Shown here: positions 9,548 through 18,595 of the stretch, one piece after another | Position numbering within the stretch: the stretch's first letter is position 1 | Layout of the letters: every line of letters starts with the position of its first letter | Source of the DNA: Candidatus Micrarchaeota archaeon | GTDB taxonomy: Archaea > Micrarchaeota > Micrarchaeia > Micrarchaeales > Micrarchaeaceae | Reading direction: 5' to 3' | NCBI GenBank assembly: GCA_021816895.1 | Contig: JAKAWW010000001.1 | Span: 493,067 to 557,066 of the forward strand | Length of the DNA: 64,000 nucleotides | Notes under the pieces: model-generated | The model's database searches: none | What the model was told of the DNA's origin: nothing | Seen by the model: the letters and a program-made list of their open reading frames with translations, nothing else | Position numbers and translations under genes: made by a program

Positions 9548-9732
9548 GTTAGCACCCCCATATTACAAAACCATATGCTACTAAAAGCTAATAATTTTTC
9601 TATCAGATTGGCACATGCATAACATTCACGACAGTTGTGACCTCCTCCAACCCATAAATGGTGTGGGATTTCCCACTCACTTTGTTAACTTGCTGTTTTT
9701 TGGCTGCTGCAATCAGGATTTCCCTCTTTTGG

Positions 9733-10389
9733 TCAAAACTCAATGCTTTCTCTTATCTCTTTCAAGGCATCTTGGTCATTTGTCGCTACATACGGGGATA
9801 AGTCAAGGTCCCTCGGGCTTTTGGAGAGCCTCTTGCTAAATATGTGCCTTAGTTCATTTCCGACAGCGCTGTCGTAGCTCTCCCATTTTATACCAAGCGA
9901 TTCTACATACTCGCGCTCTATTTTTGTGGCAATGGTGTGGGCATACTGGTAGTCATAGGCATCATCGATAAGCCACTTCTCCACGAGCTCATGGTGTATG
10001 GCAATGCTCATCACAAGGTCTATTGTTTTACCTTCTATGGCGATGGCCTTAGGAAGATCCCTGTCGATGTATATTGTCTTTCCATCTTTAGAATAGCCGC
10101 CTGTATATTTTATGTCGTAATCGGAATTGACTTTTATGTCATTGTTGTCTTGCCTTTTGATTATTTCACCTACTACTTTGCCATCTAGATAAACCTCTTT
10201 GGTGCCGTCATTCTGCACTTTAGAGTCAAATTGGCATTCTATTGTTGAGGAAAATATAATGCATGTCGGAGCCGTAAAGTTTATCGCCTTTATAAAGAAG
10301 TTCTTGCCGTTACCTGCTGCATTACCAGCATTTCCGTTTGCAACGCCGTTGCCCTTCTGGCGGTGCTCGATTACTTCGTATGTATACAT
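9733..10389 (-). CDS. hypothetical protein
   Basis: 218-aa ORF with an N-terminal Gly/Asn/Ala low-complexity stretch and an IAIHHELVEKW segment. No confident family. Confidence 0.5.
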   Translation of the reverse strand: MYTYEVIEHRQKGNGVANGNAGNAAGNGKNFFIKAINFTAPTCIIFSSTIECQFDSKVQNDGTKEVYLDGKVVGEIIKRQDNNDIKVNSDYDIKYTGGYSKDGKTIYIDRDLPKAIAIEGKTIDLVMSIAIHHELVEKWLIDDAYDYQYAHTIATKIEREYVESLGIKWESYDSAVGNELRHIFSKRLSKSPRDLDLSPYVATNDQDALKEIRESIEF

Positions 10390-10481
10390 GTTGCTGCACT
10401 AAGATAAGATTGTGCCATAAATTATAAATAATCTTGTGGGATTTTGCGGTTCTGTAATAGTGCAGCTAGTGTGCATAGTCT

Positions 10482-10949
10482 CTAATTGGCTGCGCTTTCC
10501 GAAGATTCGATGAACTGTATCACCTCGTCAGCGTGGCCTTTTGGCGATACTTTTTCGAATATTTTTACAATCTTGCCGCTGGGACCTATAATGTAGGTAT
10601 TCCTCAGTGTGCCGTATCCAAAAATGCCCCTGTTGCCATATGCGCCGTATGCTTTTATGATCCTGCTTTCCGGATCAGAAAGCAGCAGAAAATTAAGATC
10701 ATACTTGTCCTTGAACTTTGCATGAGATTTCAGATCGTCCTTACTTATCCCTACAACCTCTGCACCAAGTTTCCTTATATCCGCAACTTTCTTGTTGAAT
10801 TCATTTGCTTCTATTGTGCATCCAGGTGTGTTGTCCTTCGGATAAAAGTATAATACTAGGTACTTGCCACTGAATTCCCCAAGCGTGTGCTTTTTGCCAT
10901 CTGAGCCATCAAGCTCAAAATCTATCGCTTTGTCGCCCTCCTTTACCAT
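10482..10949 (-). CDS. bcp: peroxiredoxin, Bcp type
   Basis: YFYPKDNTPGCTIEA contains the peroxidatic Cys motif (TPGCT) and sits in a thioredoxin-fold context. Confidence 0.85.
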   Translation of the reverse strand: MVKEGDKAIDFELDGSDGKKHTLGEFSGKYLVLYFYPKDNTPGCTIEANEFNKKVADIRKLGAEVVGISKDDLKSHAKFKDKYDLNFLLLSDPESRIIKAYGAYGNRGIFGYGTLRNTYIIGPSGKIVKIFEKVSPKGHADEVIQFIESSESAAN

Positions 10950-11250
10950 AGTTTCACCAATACTCTGTAAAAAGTTAAGTTAATAAAACATAGCAAAAAA
11001 AGCTTTACCTTAGCATAAAAATTTGTAGTTATTAACAAAATTGATGGGAAATCCAACCCGTTTTATGAGAGGGAGGATATAAAATTTGATAAAAAACTTG
11101 GGGAAAAAGCAGCAAAAGCATGCATAAAGTTAAGCATAAGGTTAATGATATTTCAGAATACTCCTTGAGTATTATAATGATCTAATGACAATCATGAATA
11201 CTTTATGCTAGCAAGCTGAGTGAAGTTATAAATATATAGTAAGAATCAAT

Positions 11251-11649
11251 ATGCATGGTGGTATGGTGCCAACAACGACAGTCAATACAAGCGTGGAGAA
11301 GTTGGGCAAGATATCCCAGGGGATAATGGACGAGAAAGTTTGGATGATATCAAAGAATTTTGACCCCAACATAATAAAGTACACAGAAGATGTGTTCGAG
11401 CAGGTAAATATGGCCCATTTAGCATGGCCGAGTGAAAATGCAGTAGATATGGTGAACATAGCCATAGAAAAGCTGTCCGCCCTTGTCAGCTTTCTGGACG
11501 ATAAATCCATAAAGGCGAGCAACAGCAAAGAAACCCGACAGCATATAGCCGAGCTTTACAGTTTAGCTGGCGACTTGGCATATATAATAGGGGCAGATGT
11601 TACAGGAGAAAATCTTAAATACAATGCAGACGCAGTACGGAATGAATAG
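11251..11649 (+). CDS. hypothetical protein
   Basis: 132-aa ORF following a 300-bp AT-rich spacer. No motif recognised. Confidence 0.4.
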   Translation: MHGGMVPTTTVNTSVEKLGKISQGIMDEKVWMISKNFDPNIIKYTEDVFEQVNMAHLAWPSENAVDMVNIAIEKLSALVSFLDDKSIKASNSKETRQHIAELYSLAGDLAYIIGADVTGENLKYNADAVRNE

Positions 11650-12014
11650 GCACTAGTACTGGATTGGTTACCCTGCTGGTATCCGGGGGCGTTCAGAGTA
11701 GGTATGCTCTTCGTGATGGTTAACATAGCAAATCTTGTCGGCGGCCCGCTACGCTTAAACCTGACCATAATACTTTATTCTCTGCTCGCTTTCGTGGCAC
11801 TATTCCCTGGTATTTATCTATCTATTGCAACACTTTCCTTAGCTATAAAAAAGGTGAGCTTGACAAGAGGGTCATGGACACTCTCAAGTTTGGCCTATGA
11901 GACCACATTGAGATTTTTTAATGTTGAGCTTTACAATGCTTGCCATGTATCCCAAAACCCGAAGAGGCAAAAAGCATAAATATCTGGATGACATCACATT
12001 AAGGGGGATATTAT

Positions 12015-12812
12015 ATGGCAACCAAGAGGGCAGATGCAGAGAAAGACAAAATGCAGCATGATGCGCAATCCAGTAGGGACGAGGCGCTGAAATCATGGCA
12101 GAACCTATATCCTGACCTGCTCAAGGCAGTCGGCACTGGCGACAGTATGGCGCTCGACAAAGCATACGAAGCCGTCAGGTTATGGAAGGAAAAGTACCAG
12201 AACACGGTTGGAGTTCTCAATGCGGAGGAAAAGAAGGGGATGAGAGATGAGCTGGACCTTGTGTTCGACAAGGCGAAGCTCCTGAGGAAGGCGGCCAGCA
12301 TAATGAAAGGTCCCTTCTCGGACGTGGGCAAGAACGCGGCAGCGGCCAAGAGTGCGCTCAACATGCTGCTCAGGGCACTTGACACGGAAAACAAGCTGGC
12401 GATCGATGCCGCAGCTACCAAGGCATTGCCTGTGTTAGGAAGATTCCTTGACTCGACACGCGTCAGACCACTTCTCACGGGCAAGATTAACCTGGACATG
12501 AGGGAGTTCCGACCTGATGAGTACAAGAATACGCTGGCCAGGGGCTTCCGTCCTATTGATATGTTGAGGTGGAACACGAACGGTGTAACATTCTGGAGAC
12601 AGGATGAAAACTGCTACGCCGTGACCAATTCTACACCTAAGTACAGCCTCACATGGGAACAACTCAACATTATGGCTGCCACCAAAATGACATGGTCCAT
12701 AGGCCCGTTCGTGATAAGGCATGAGGACGCTGTCAAGCTCCTGGGGCTGAAAGGTATAAGCTACACGAATATGGCGGATGCAAAAGTGGTGGAAAAGATC
12801 ATGAGTGCATGA
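12015..12812 (+). CDS. hypothetical protein (GC-rich ORFan)
   Basis: 265-aa ORF with balanced composition. The antisense ORF 12011-12577 is Ser/Leu/Ala-rich and was rejected. No motif recognised. Confidence 0.55.
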   Translation: MATKRADAEKDKMQHDAQSSRDEALKSWQNLYPDLLKAVGTGDSMALDKAYEAVRLWKEKYQNTVGVLNAEEKKGMRDELDLVFDKAKLLRKAASIMKGPFSDVGKNAAAAKSALNMLLRALDTENKLAIDAAATKALPVLGRFLDSTRVRPLLTGKINLDMREFRPDEYKNTLARGFRPIDMLRWNTNGVTFWRQDENCYAVTNSTPKYSLTWEQLNIMAATKMTWSIGPFVIRHEDAVKLLGLKGISYTNMADAKVVEKIMSA

Positions 12813-12913
12813 ACGCCGATTTCCAGGCAGAGTAGAGATCAAAGAAATGAGGCCAAAGCCGTACAAAGATAATTTATTATATTTAAAATGAAGAAAGTAT
12901 TAATGAGGCAGGA

Positions 12914-13507
12914 GTGCTTATGTTAGACGATTTGACATTTCTTGAAGAGGGAGAATTTACACGTATAAATGAAACCATAAGGAAAAAGGCTCTTGAGCTT
13001 ACAGCTGGTAAAAGTGATAAAGAAAAAGTTTTTGCAATATCCAACTTCCTTCTATCAAACTTACAGATGAAACCATTTGATTTAAGCATTTTCAGGAAGC
13101 GCACTGGCTCTGAAATTTTTGAATCGGGATTTTCTACAGGTTGCACGGATACTGCGCTTGTTTTTATAGTACTAAACAGGGCTTCAGGCATACCAACGAA
13201 ATATGCAGAGACATTGTGGGTAGATTGGCTCTCCGGGAAAATTCCAGCAAAACCTGTAGAGGGGCACATTTTTGTAGACGTAAAGCTTGATGGCAAATGG
13301 TTTGCATACGAGCCCTTGAGGGGCTTTACGCCAAATAATCAATACATCCTTATGGGCAGGCATTATAGCGAAGTTGGCAAAGGGCTCGATTTCTCAGCAA
13401 TTTACCTCAAAACGGAGAGTGGCTACAGCAGTAAGCCGATAAATTTGCAGAGCATAGAACAGCTTATGAAATTAAGAAAAAATACAGCTAAACTGCCGAT
13501 TTTATGA
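12914..13507 (+). CDS. transglutaminase-like cysteine protease domain protein
   Basis: GCTDTALVFIVLNRASGIPTKY supplies the catalytic Cys context, and EGHIFVDVKLDGKWFAYEP supplies the His and an acidic residue. Confidence 0.7.
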   Translation: MLMLDDLTFLEEGEFTRINETIRKKALELTAGKSDKEKVFAISNFLLSNLQMKPFDLSIFRKRTGSEIFESGFSTGCTDTALVFIVLNRASGIPTKYAETLWVDWLSGKIPAKPVEGHIFVDVKLDGKWFAYEPLRGFTPNNQYILMGRHYSEVGKGLDFSAIYLKTESGYSSKPINLQSIEQLMKLRKNTAKLPIL

Positions 13508-14253
13508 AGATAAAGAATGCATTTGACGAGGATATTGACCTTATTGTGGAAGGAAATAGTGAATCAGATACAACCATAATATTCGTTCATGGCTTCGGCA
13601 CAAACAAAGACGAAGGCGGTGGGCTTTTCATAGATATTGCCCATTCGCTTTCAGATCGCTTCAGGCTAGTGAGGTTCGATTTCACTGGTTATGGCATGAG
13701 TGAAGGTAGGCAAGAAGACACAAGTCTGGCCAAGGAAGCGTCAGATCTCAACAGTGTGCTAGGGTTCGCGCGTGAGAAATACGGTAATAGGATTTGGCTG
13801 ATTGGTATGTCTCTGGGTTGTTATGTGATAGCATTGCTGTCTCCCGATGGCATTTCAAAAACGGTCTTCATTTCTCCGCCAGATTCTAGTCAGGTCATCA
13901 CTGCAGAAAGGCTTGCCAAGAGAATCAAATCCCGTAATGGAGGAGTTGTGGATTATAATGGAATTAGCATCTACTCTAGATCAAGCGGCGAGACGCAAAA
14001 GATAGGCCCCGCTTTCTGGAAATCACTTGATGAATTTAATGCTGAAGCGGCAATTTCTGCATATTCGCGTAAAACAGACCTTATAACAATAATACCTGTG
14101 CATGACGAGATCTTTGAACGCAAGAATATGGATATTTACGATAAGGTATCTTCAAGTTGCATCAGGATGAAGGGCAATCATGCTTTCACTGTTAAGGAAG
14201 AAAGAGAAGCGTTAGTATCAAAGATCGCAGATATATTTAGTATGTTGGTTTGA
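13504..14253 (+). CDS. alpha/beta-fold hydrolase
   Basis: FVHGFGTNKDEGG and the nucleophile elbow GMSLGCY (GxSxG). ATGA overlap with the upstream gene. Confidence 0.75.
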   Translation: MKIKNAFDEDIDLIVEGNSESDTTIIFVHGFGTNKDEGGGLFIDIAHSLSDRFRLVRFDFTGYGMSEGRQEDTSLAKEASDLNSVLGFAREKYGNRIWLIGMSLGCYVIALLSPDGISKTVFISPPDSSQVITAERLAKRIKSRNGGVVDYNGISIYSRSSGETQKIGPAFWKSLDEFNAEAAISAYSRKTDLITIIPVHDEIFERKNMDIYDKVSSSCIRMKGNHAFTVKEEREALVSKIADIFSMLV

Positions 14254-14672
14254 TGAAAGTGCTTTTCATATGCAAGGCAAATGTCGGCAGGAGCCAGATG
14301 GCTGAAGCGATCTTCAACAGCTTGGCTAATAGTAAAGCAATATCTAGCAGTGCTGGAGTAGATCCAGGTAGCTATGAAGGTAAAAGGATAGTTGAGGCAG
14401 GCCCTAATGTAACTGCGTGTATGAAGGACATAGGGTTGGATGTATCCGATAAGGTATCAAAGAAGCTTACTGAATCTATGGCTAACGATGCAGATATTAT
14501 TGTGGCGATGGTAAGCAAGAACATGCTGCCTTCTTATCTGCAAAGCTCAGCTAAACTGATACTGTGGGATATAAAAGATCCTAAATTTATGGACTACACG
14601 GGGCATGTTGAAATAAGGAACCAGATATACGAGAAAGTCAAAGAGCTTGTAAAAGAGTTGAATTTGAATTAA
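14253..14672 (+). CDS. low-molecular-weight protein-tyrosine phosphatase family protein (copy 1)
   Basis: P-loop VLFICKANVGRSQMAE (C-x5-R-S) and a downstream DP motif (WDIKDP). The ATG overlaps the upstream TGA by 1 nt. Confidence 0.8.
   Translation: MKVLFICKANVGRSQMAEAIFNSLANSKAISSSAGVDPGSYEGKRIVEAGPNVTACMKDIGLDVSDKVSKKLTESMANDADIIVAMVSKNMLPSYLQSSAKLILWDIKDPKFMDYTGHVEIRNQIYEKVKELVKELNLN
14538..14629 (+). repeat. direct repeat A (inside the 3' end of LMW-PTP gene 1)
   Basis: Hand alignment gives 90 of 92 nt identical to 18460-18551. Confidence 0.9.
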
Positions 14673-14743
14673 CGCAAATGGTTTTAGGATTTATATTAAT
14701 ATATCAGAATATCTAATTAGGTAATATTTAACTATGTGGTTCA

Positions 14744-15193
14744 ATGAAGATTCTTTTTGTATGCATAGAAAATGTGAACAGAAGCCAAATAGCAGAAGCT
14801 ATATTCAATAAGCTGTCCAAAAAGAACACTGCACTGAGTGCTGGCGTGGCGCCAAAAACTGTTGGATTGCTCAAAAATGCGTATAACGAGAAAAGGGGAA
14901 CATATCCGCCGATAGTACCAATGAAAGAGCTTGGATATGATCTATCTAAAAATAAGATAAAAAAGCTGAACAAAAAGATGGCGGATGACGCCAACAAGAT
15001 AATCTTCATGTTCAAGAGAGAAAAACATGAGAATGAAATACCAAAATATGCGATTAGAAAGCGGGATGTTGAGTTCTGGGAGATACCAGGATTTAAGACC
15101 GGTCTCTCCTTTGGAGAATACTCCAGGATGGAAAAAATCAGGATAAAGCAGGTGGAGAGACGCGTAAGAGACCTGGTAGCAAGGATCGGTTAG
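14744..15193 (+). CDS. low-molecular-weight protein-tyrosine phosphatase family protein (copy 2)
   Basis: P-loop ILFVCIENVNRSQIAE (C-x5-R-S). Paralogous to the upstream gene. Confidence 0.75.
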   Translation: MKILFVCIENVNRSQIAEAIFNKLSKKNTALSAGVAPKTVGLLKNAYNEKRGTYPPIVPMKELGYDLSKNKIKKLNKKMADDANKIIFMFKREKHENEIPKYAIRKRDVEFWEIPGFKTGLSFGEYSRMEKIRIKQVERRVRDLVARIG

Positions 15194-15227
15194 AATGACA
15201 TCTGTCTGCTATTTGTAAACCATGAAG
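15165..15227 (+). repeat. direct repeat B (spans the stop codon of LMW-PTP gene 2)
   Basis: Hand alignment gives 61 of 63 nt identical to 17472-17534. Confidence 0.9.
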
Positions 15228-15228
15228 C

Positions 15229-15267
15229 CCAAAGAGCTTGTAAAAGAACGAATTTGAATTAGCGCAG
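15229..15267 (+). pseudogene. relic of the last ~13 codons of a PTP1-type gene
   Basis: ccaaagagcttgtaaaagaacgaatttgaattagcgca aligns to 14638-14676 (tcaaagagcttgtaaaagagttgaatttgaattaacgca), the end of gene 1, with a few mismatches. No ORF is attached. Confidence 0.6.
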
Positions 15268-15427
15268 ATAACAAAAAGTTGAATTTCAAGAGGGCGGTTT
15301 TATAACGAGCTTTTTAAGGAACTGAATTCCAGACTTAAAAGCTTTAAATAGAGAATTTTATGCGCATTTTAGTAAAGCGAACATATAAATATCTAAACAA
15401 AAAAGGTTTTATAAGGCGGGTGATCGA

Positions 15428-15946
15428 TTGGCAACGCATGAAATTGATAGATCTCAAAAAGCATTAGGCGCCTGTGGCGAAACAGATATAGACACAAACA
15501 CAAGATTATTGTTAGAAGGTATATTTGCAGAAAGCGTTCTTTATTTGACCGATAATAGCCCAGTGGTGAAATCAAAAGAGCGGATAGTAGATAAGCTAAC
15601 AACATTCGTAGAAAATATATCTGCTGGGATGGCCATAATAGACGATATGTCGGCAAAAGATAAGCCAATTAGTCTGCCCTCGAATTTTAGTGATGCGTTG
15701 CATGCAGTGTTCATTGCATACGATTACGTAATGAGAATTACACCAAAAGCAAGTTTTCTTCGCTCTAAGAAGTCAGACACTTCCCTCATGGAACGTTTTA
15801 TCGAGCAAATGAAGGTAGAGGTTGAATATTTGAAGAACGTGGAACTGGGAAAAGTTGAGCCTGACAAGGTAAAGACGGTTAGGGCTTTCTATGAGGAAAG
15901 ATTTAAGAAGGCCGTAAGCGAGTTACCAGTACCTAGGCTTGATTAA
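15428..15946 (+). CDS. hypothetical protein
   Basis: 172-aa ORF that needs a TTG start. No motif recognised. Confidence 0.35.
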   Translation: MATHEIDRSQKALGACGETDIDTNTRLLLEGIFAESVLYLTDNSPVVKSKERIVDKLTTFVENISAGMAIIDDMSAKDKPISLPSNFSDALHAVFIAYDYVMRITPKASFLRSKKSDTSLMERFIEQMKVEVEYLKNVELGKVEPDKVKTVRAFYEERFKKAVSELPVPRLD

Positions 15947-16039
15947 TTAAGCATCAACCGCATTTTCACCAAATAAACAGCCGTATAGCATTAACTCGAA
16001 CACAAAGAAAGTAATGAAATACTTGGGCATTGATCTTTA

Positions 16040-16070
16040 CCAATATTTTAGAATTTCTATGACGGTGTTA
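16040..16070 (+). repeat. relic resembling the HAD/deaminase gene junction
   Basis: ccaatattttagaatttctatgacggtgtta compared with 19301-19333 ccaaatatttttagaatttccatgaaagtgtta. Two 1-nt indels and three substitutions. Confidence 0.45.
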
Positions 16071-16165
16071 ACTTTATAAAAATCTCTCCCCTATTCTTAT
16101 GTCTAGGATTTCTAAAATTATGTTTGATACTAAATACAATAAATTCCGTTAATCTTAATACTGTT

Positions 16166-16702
16166 TTAGTCTCGCTTTCGTAGGATCTCGGAACCAAAGT
16201 ATTCTACTGCTATATCATATCCTAATATTGCCACTGCAGCATCCCCTCCTTTTTCTGTAAGCCATACCTCTGCGTTGCCATCAAATTTATCCATTGTTTC
16301 GCTGCCAAAGTCAACAAAGTGGTTTTGCTTGAGATAGGATAATGTATCTGCTATGATTGCTTCAAGTTGATATTTACTGAGCAGGGGGTCTTTTGCATAA
16401 TCTTTAAGTATCTCGAATATCTTGCTTGCCTTTATAGAAAAGCTTTCAATTTTATTGCCAATCGGCATGGAGCCCAATCCTTCACGTTCTAAAATCGGGG
16501 CTTCTATATATGGTGCCAAGAGCGCTGTCATAATGCTTATGGCCTTCTCCTTGCCCGCCTTGTTGAAATCATCAATTAAGTGCATGCCATGAATTGCTTT
16601 ATCTATTATCTTCTCTTTTGGGGGTAATGATATATCCCAGCTTTTTGTCTCATTGCCTGTGGGTTGCTTCTCTTTATACACAATATCACCAAGTTTAATC
16701 AA
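16166..16702 (-). CDS. hypothetical protein
   Basis: 178-aa ORF. No motif recognised. Confidence 0.45.
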   Translation of the reverse strand: MIKLGDIVYKEKQPTGNETKSWDISLPPKEKIIDKAIHGMHLIDDFNKAGKEKAISIMTALLAPYIEAPILEREGLGSMPIGNKIESFSIKASKIFEILKDYAKDPLLSKYQLEAIIADTLSYLKQNHFVDFGSETMDKFDGNAEVWLTEKGGDAAVAILGYDIAVEYFGSEILRKRD

Positions 16703-16852
16703 TTAAGTAAGGATTTTCAAATATTTAATTGTTATCCCTTTCAGACCGCGTCCAATAATTCCGGTATTATAATAAACCTGAGGATTTATAAAAATCCCCT
16801 AATATTACTGAAGTATATTATGTTTTAATGATACCATTTAAAAGTTGATGAA

Positions 16853-17308
16853 ATGGAGATAATAAGAGCGAACAGAGTAAACAAGTACATTACGGATGCA
16901 CTGAGAATAGCACACAGCCTCAAGGAATGGTTCAACGAGAACGGGGTGAAAAGCATGGAGGCTGATCTTTTCTTTGATAACTTAATAGTAGCAGTGGAAG
17001 GAAATGAGACCATCGGCTTTGCCTGCTACAGTTCTTATGATGGGATAATGCAATTGATTTGGCTAGCTGTCGAAAGAGGCTATCAAGGTAGGGGTGTAGG
17101 TACAAAGCTTCTCAATTGGGTGGAAGATGAGGCAAGAAGCCACGGTATTGCGCTTATACAAGTGGAGACACTCCCTGACGAGCACAGCTATGAGCCCTAC
17201 AAGCTTACAAGGAAGTTCTATTACAACAATGGATTTGTCAGGGTAGCTTATAAGAAAGCGAGGCTTGAGGGATGGGACGACCAAGTAGTCCTGGAAAAGA
17301 GACTATAG
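16853..17308 (+). CDS. GNAT-family N-acetyltransferase
   Basis: LAVERGYQGRGVGTKLLNWVEDEARSHG is the acetyl-CoA-binding motif A (Q/R-x-x-G-x-G/A). Confidence 0.8.
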   Translation: MEIIRANRVNKYITDALRIAHSLKEWFNENGVKSMEADLFFDNLIVAVEGNETIGFACYSSYDGIMQLIWLAVERGYQGRGVGTKLLNWVEDEARSHGIALIQVETLPDEHSYEPYKLTRKFYYNNGFVRVAYKKARLEGWDDQVVLEKRL

Positions 17309-17471
17309 GAGGCATTGGCGTACCATGTCGGATCGCGGCCGTAAAACGCAATCAAAAAGTAAAGACGCGCAAAAGAAAGGGCAATAATACCAGTGCGCTT
17401 CAATGACTATTCTGACATTTTGTGGTATATTTGTAACAAAGAGAAGACAGCCTTCACTGCGGCTACCTCCA

Positions 17472-17534
17472 TAAGAGACCTGGTAGCAAGGATCTGTTAG
17501 AATGACATCTGTCCGCTATTTGTAAACCATGAAG
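17472..17534 (+). repeat. direct repeat B' (orphan copy of the LMW-PTP gene 2 terminus)
   Basis: 61 of 63 nt identical to 15165-15227 and not attached to an ORF. It is followed at 17540-17554 by gaattaacacagata, which matches 15256-15270. Confidence 0.9.
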
Positions 17535-17628
17535 ATCATGAATTAACACAGATAGTTTTAGAAGCTTACATGAGTATGTCAGATGAGCGATAGTAATCTA
17601 TAAATATAATAAAAACAGAAATCATATT

Positions 17629-18426
17629 GTGACATTCATGGAGGCTAATAAAGATACTGAAAAATCAAAATTAACTGAGCGACAAATGCTTGATTTTATT
17701 GCAAATACTTCAAATATAGAGGGGATTCGCAAACTTGGCATTGGCGATTTTCCAGCTAATGAAATAATACACAATTCAAAGGCGGAATCTGGAACCATAA
17801 ACCTCAATAAAGTATATATAGAACCTTTCTACAGGATGTGCACGAGCGATAGAGAACTGGGGCTTGCCGTAGGGTTCACGTTCTGGCACTCTATCGTAAC
17901 AGATAGAATAAGGACAACGACACTCATTTCCCTATTATTGGACGGAGTAAAGCTTTCAAATGAAGCACGTGAGTATTTTAACGATATATTGGCAAAAGCA
18001 ATCAATGTATCAAACGAGCGTGAGATACTTGGAAAAGCTCCCGAAAACATTAAAGAAGAAGTGGGCAACGCGTTCAACGCCATAAAAAATAAGTATCGAT
18101 TGCAATTGGAAATTGCCACCCAAGCCGAAGTGATTAAGGGCATCAACAGGAAAGACACAGTAAAGAACATAGTTAATGACCTTGCTGTGACAACTGTAGC
18201 TTCCAATCCTAAAGAAAAGCCTACAAGTGAGGCAGTAAGTAGGAATTTTAATGAATACTATGCTGCAGAAAAGTGGAAAGACAAGGAATTTATGGCCGTA
18301 GTGGGTAGGCTGAATCCTATAGCTATTGAGGTTGTTGAGGATGTATCAAGCGCAGCCAATTATTACAACGATATTATTAATGCAGCAGTGGAGCGTGCAA
18401 GGCAGATAGAGGGAAAATATCTATGA
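17629..18426 (+). CDS. hypothetical protein
   Basis: 265-aa ORF (GTG at 17629 or ATG at 17638). No motif recognised. Confidence 0.45.
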   Translation: MTFMEANKDTEKSKLTERQMLDFIANTSNIEGIRKLGIGDFPANEIIHNSKAESGTINLNKVYIEPFYRMCTSDRELGLAVGFTFWHSIVTDRIRTTTLISLLLDGVKLSNEAREYFNDILAKAINVSNEREILGKAPENIKEEVGNAFNAIKNKYRLQLEIATQAEVIKGINRKDTVKNIVNDLAVTTVASNPKEKPTSEAVSRNFNEYYAAEKWKDKEFMAVVGRLNPIAIEVVEDVSSAANYYNDIINAAVERARQIEGKYL

Positions 18427-18459
18427 GCGATTGGTCGACTGTGTGAAGGTTTTATTTAC

Positions 18460-18551
18460 CTGCAAAGCTCAGCTAAACTGATACTGTGGGATATAAAAGA
18501 TCCTAAATTTATAGACTACACGGGGCATTTTGAAATAAGGAACCAGATATA
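18460..18551 (+). repeat. direct repeat A' (orphan copy of the LMW-PTP gene 1 3' region)
   Basis: 90 of 92 nt identical to 14538-14629. Lies in an intergenic spacer with no upstream PTP reading frame. Confidence 0.9.
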
Positions 18552-18595
18552 TTGATAATGTTAAAATAATTAGAATCCACGGAATAGATGAATGA

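Noticed and set aside
10950-11250. AT-rich 300-bp spacer as a replication origin
   Set aside because: I could find no repeated ORB-like elements and there is no orc1/cdc6 gene nearby. It is more simply a promoter-rich or island-border spacer.
11704-11979. 91-aa hydrophobic ORF between two ORFans
   Set aside because: Short, with no motif and no clear ribosome-binding or promoter context. It could be real, but I cannot support it.
12011-12577. 188-aa minus-strand ORF
   Set aside because: Ser/Leu/Ala-rich shadow of the GC-rich plus-strand ORF 12015-12812, which has normal protein composition.
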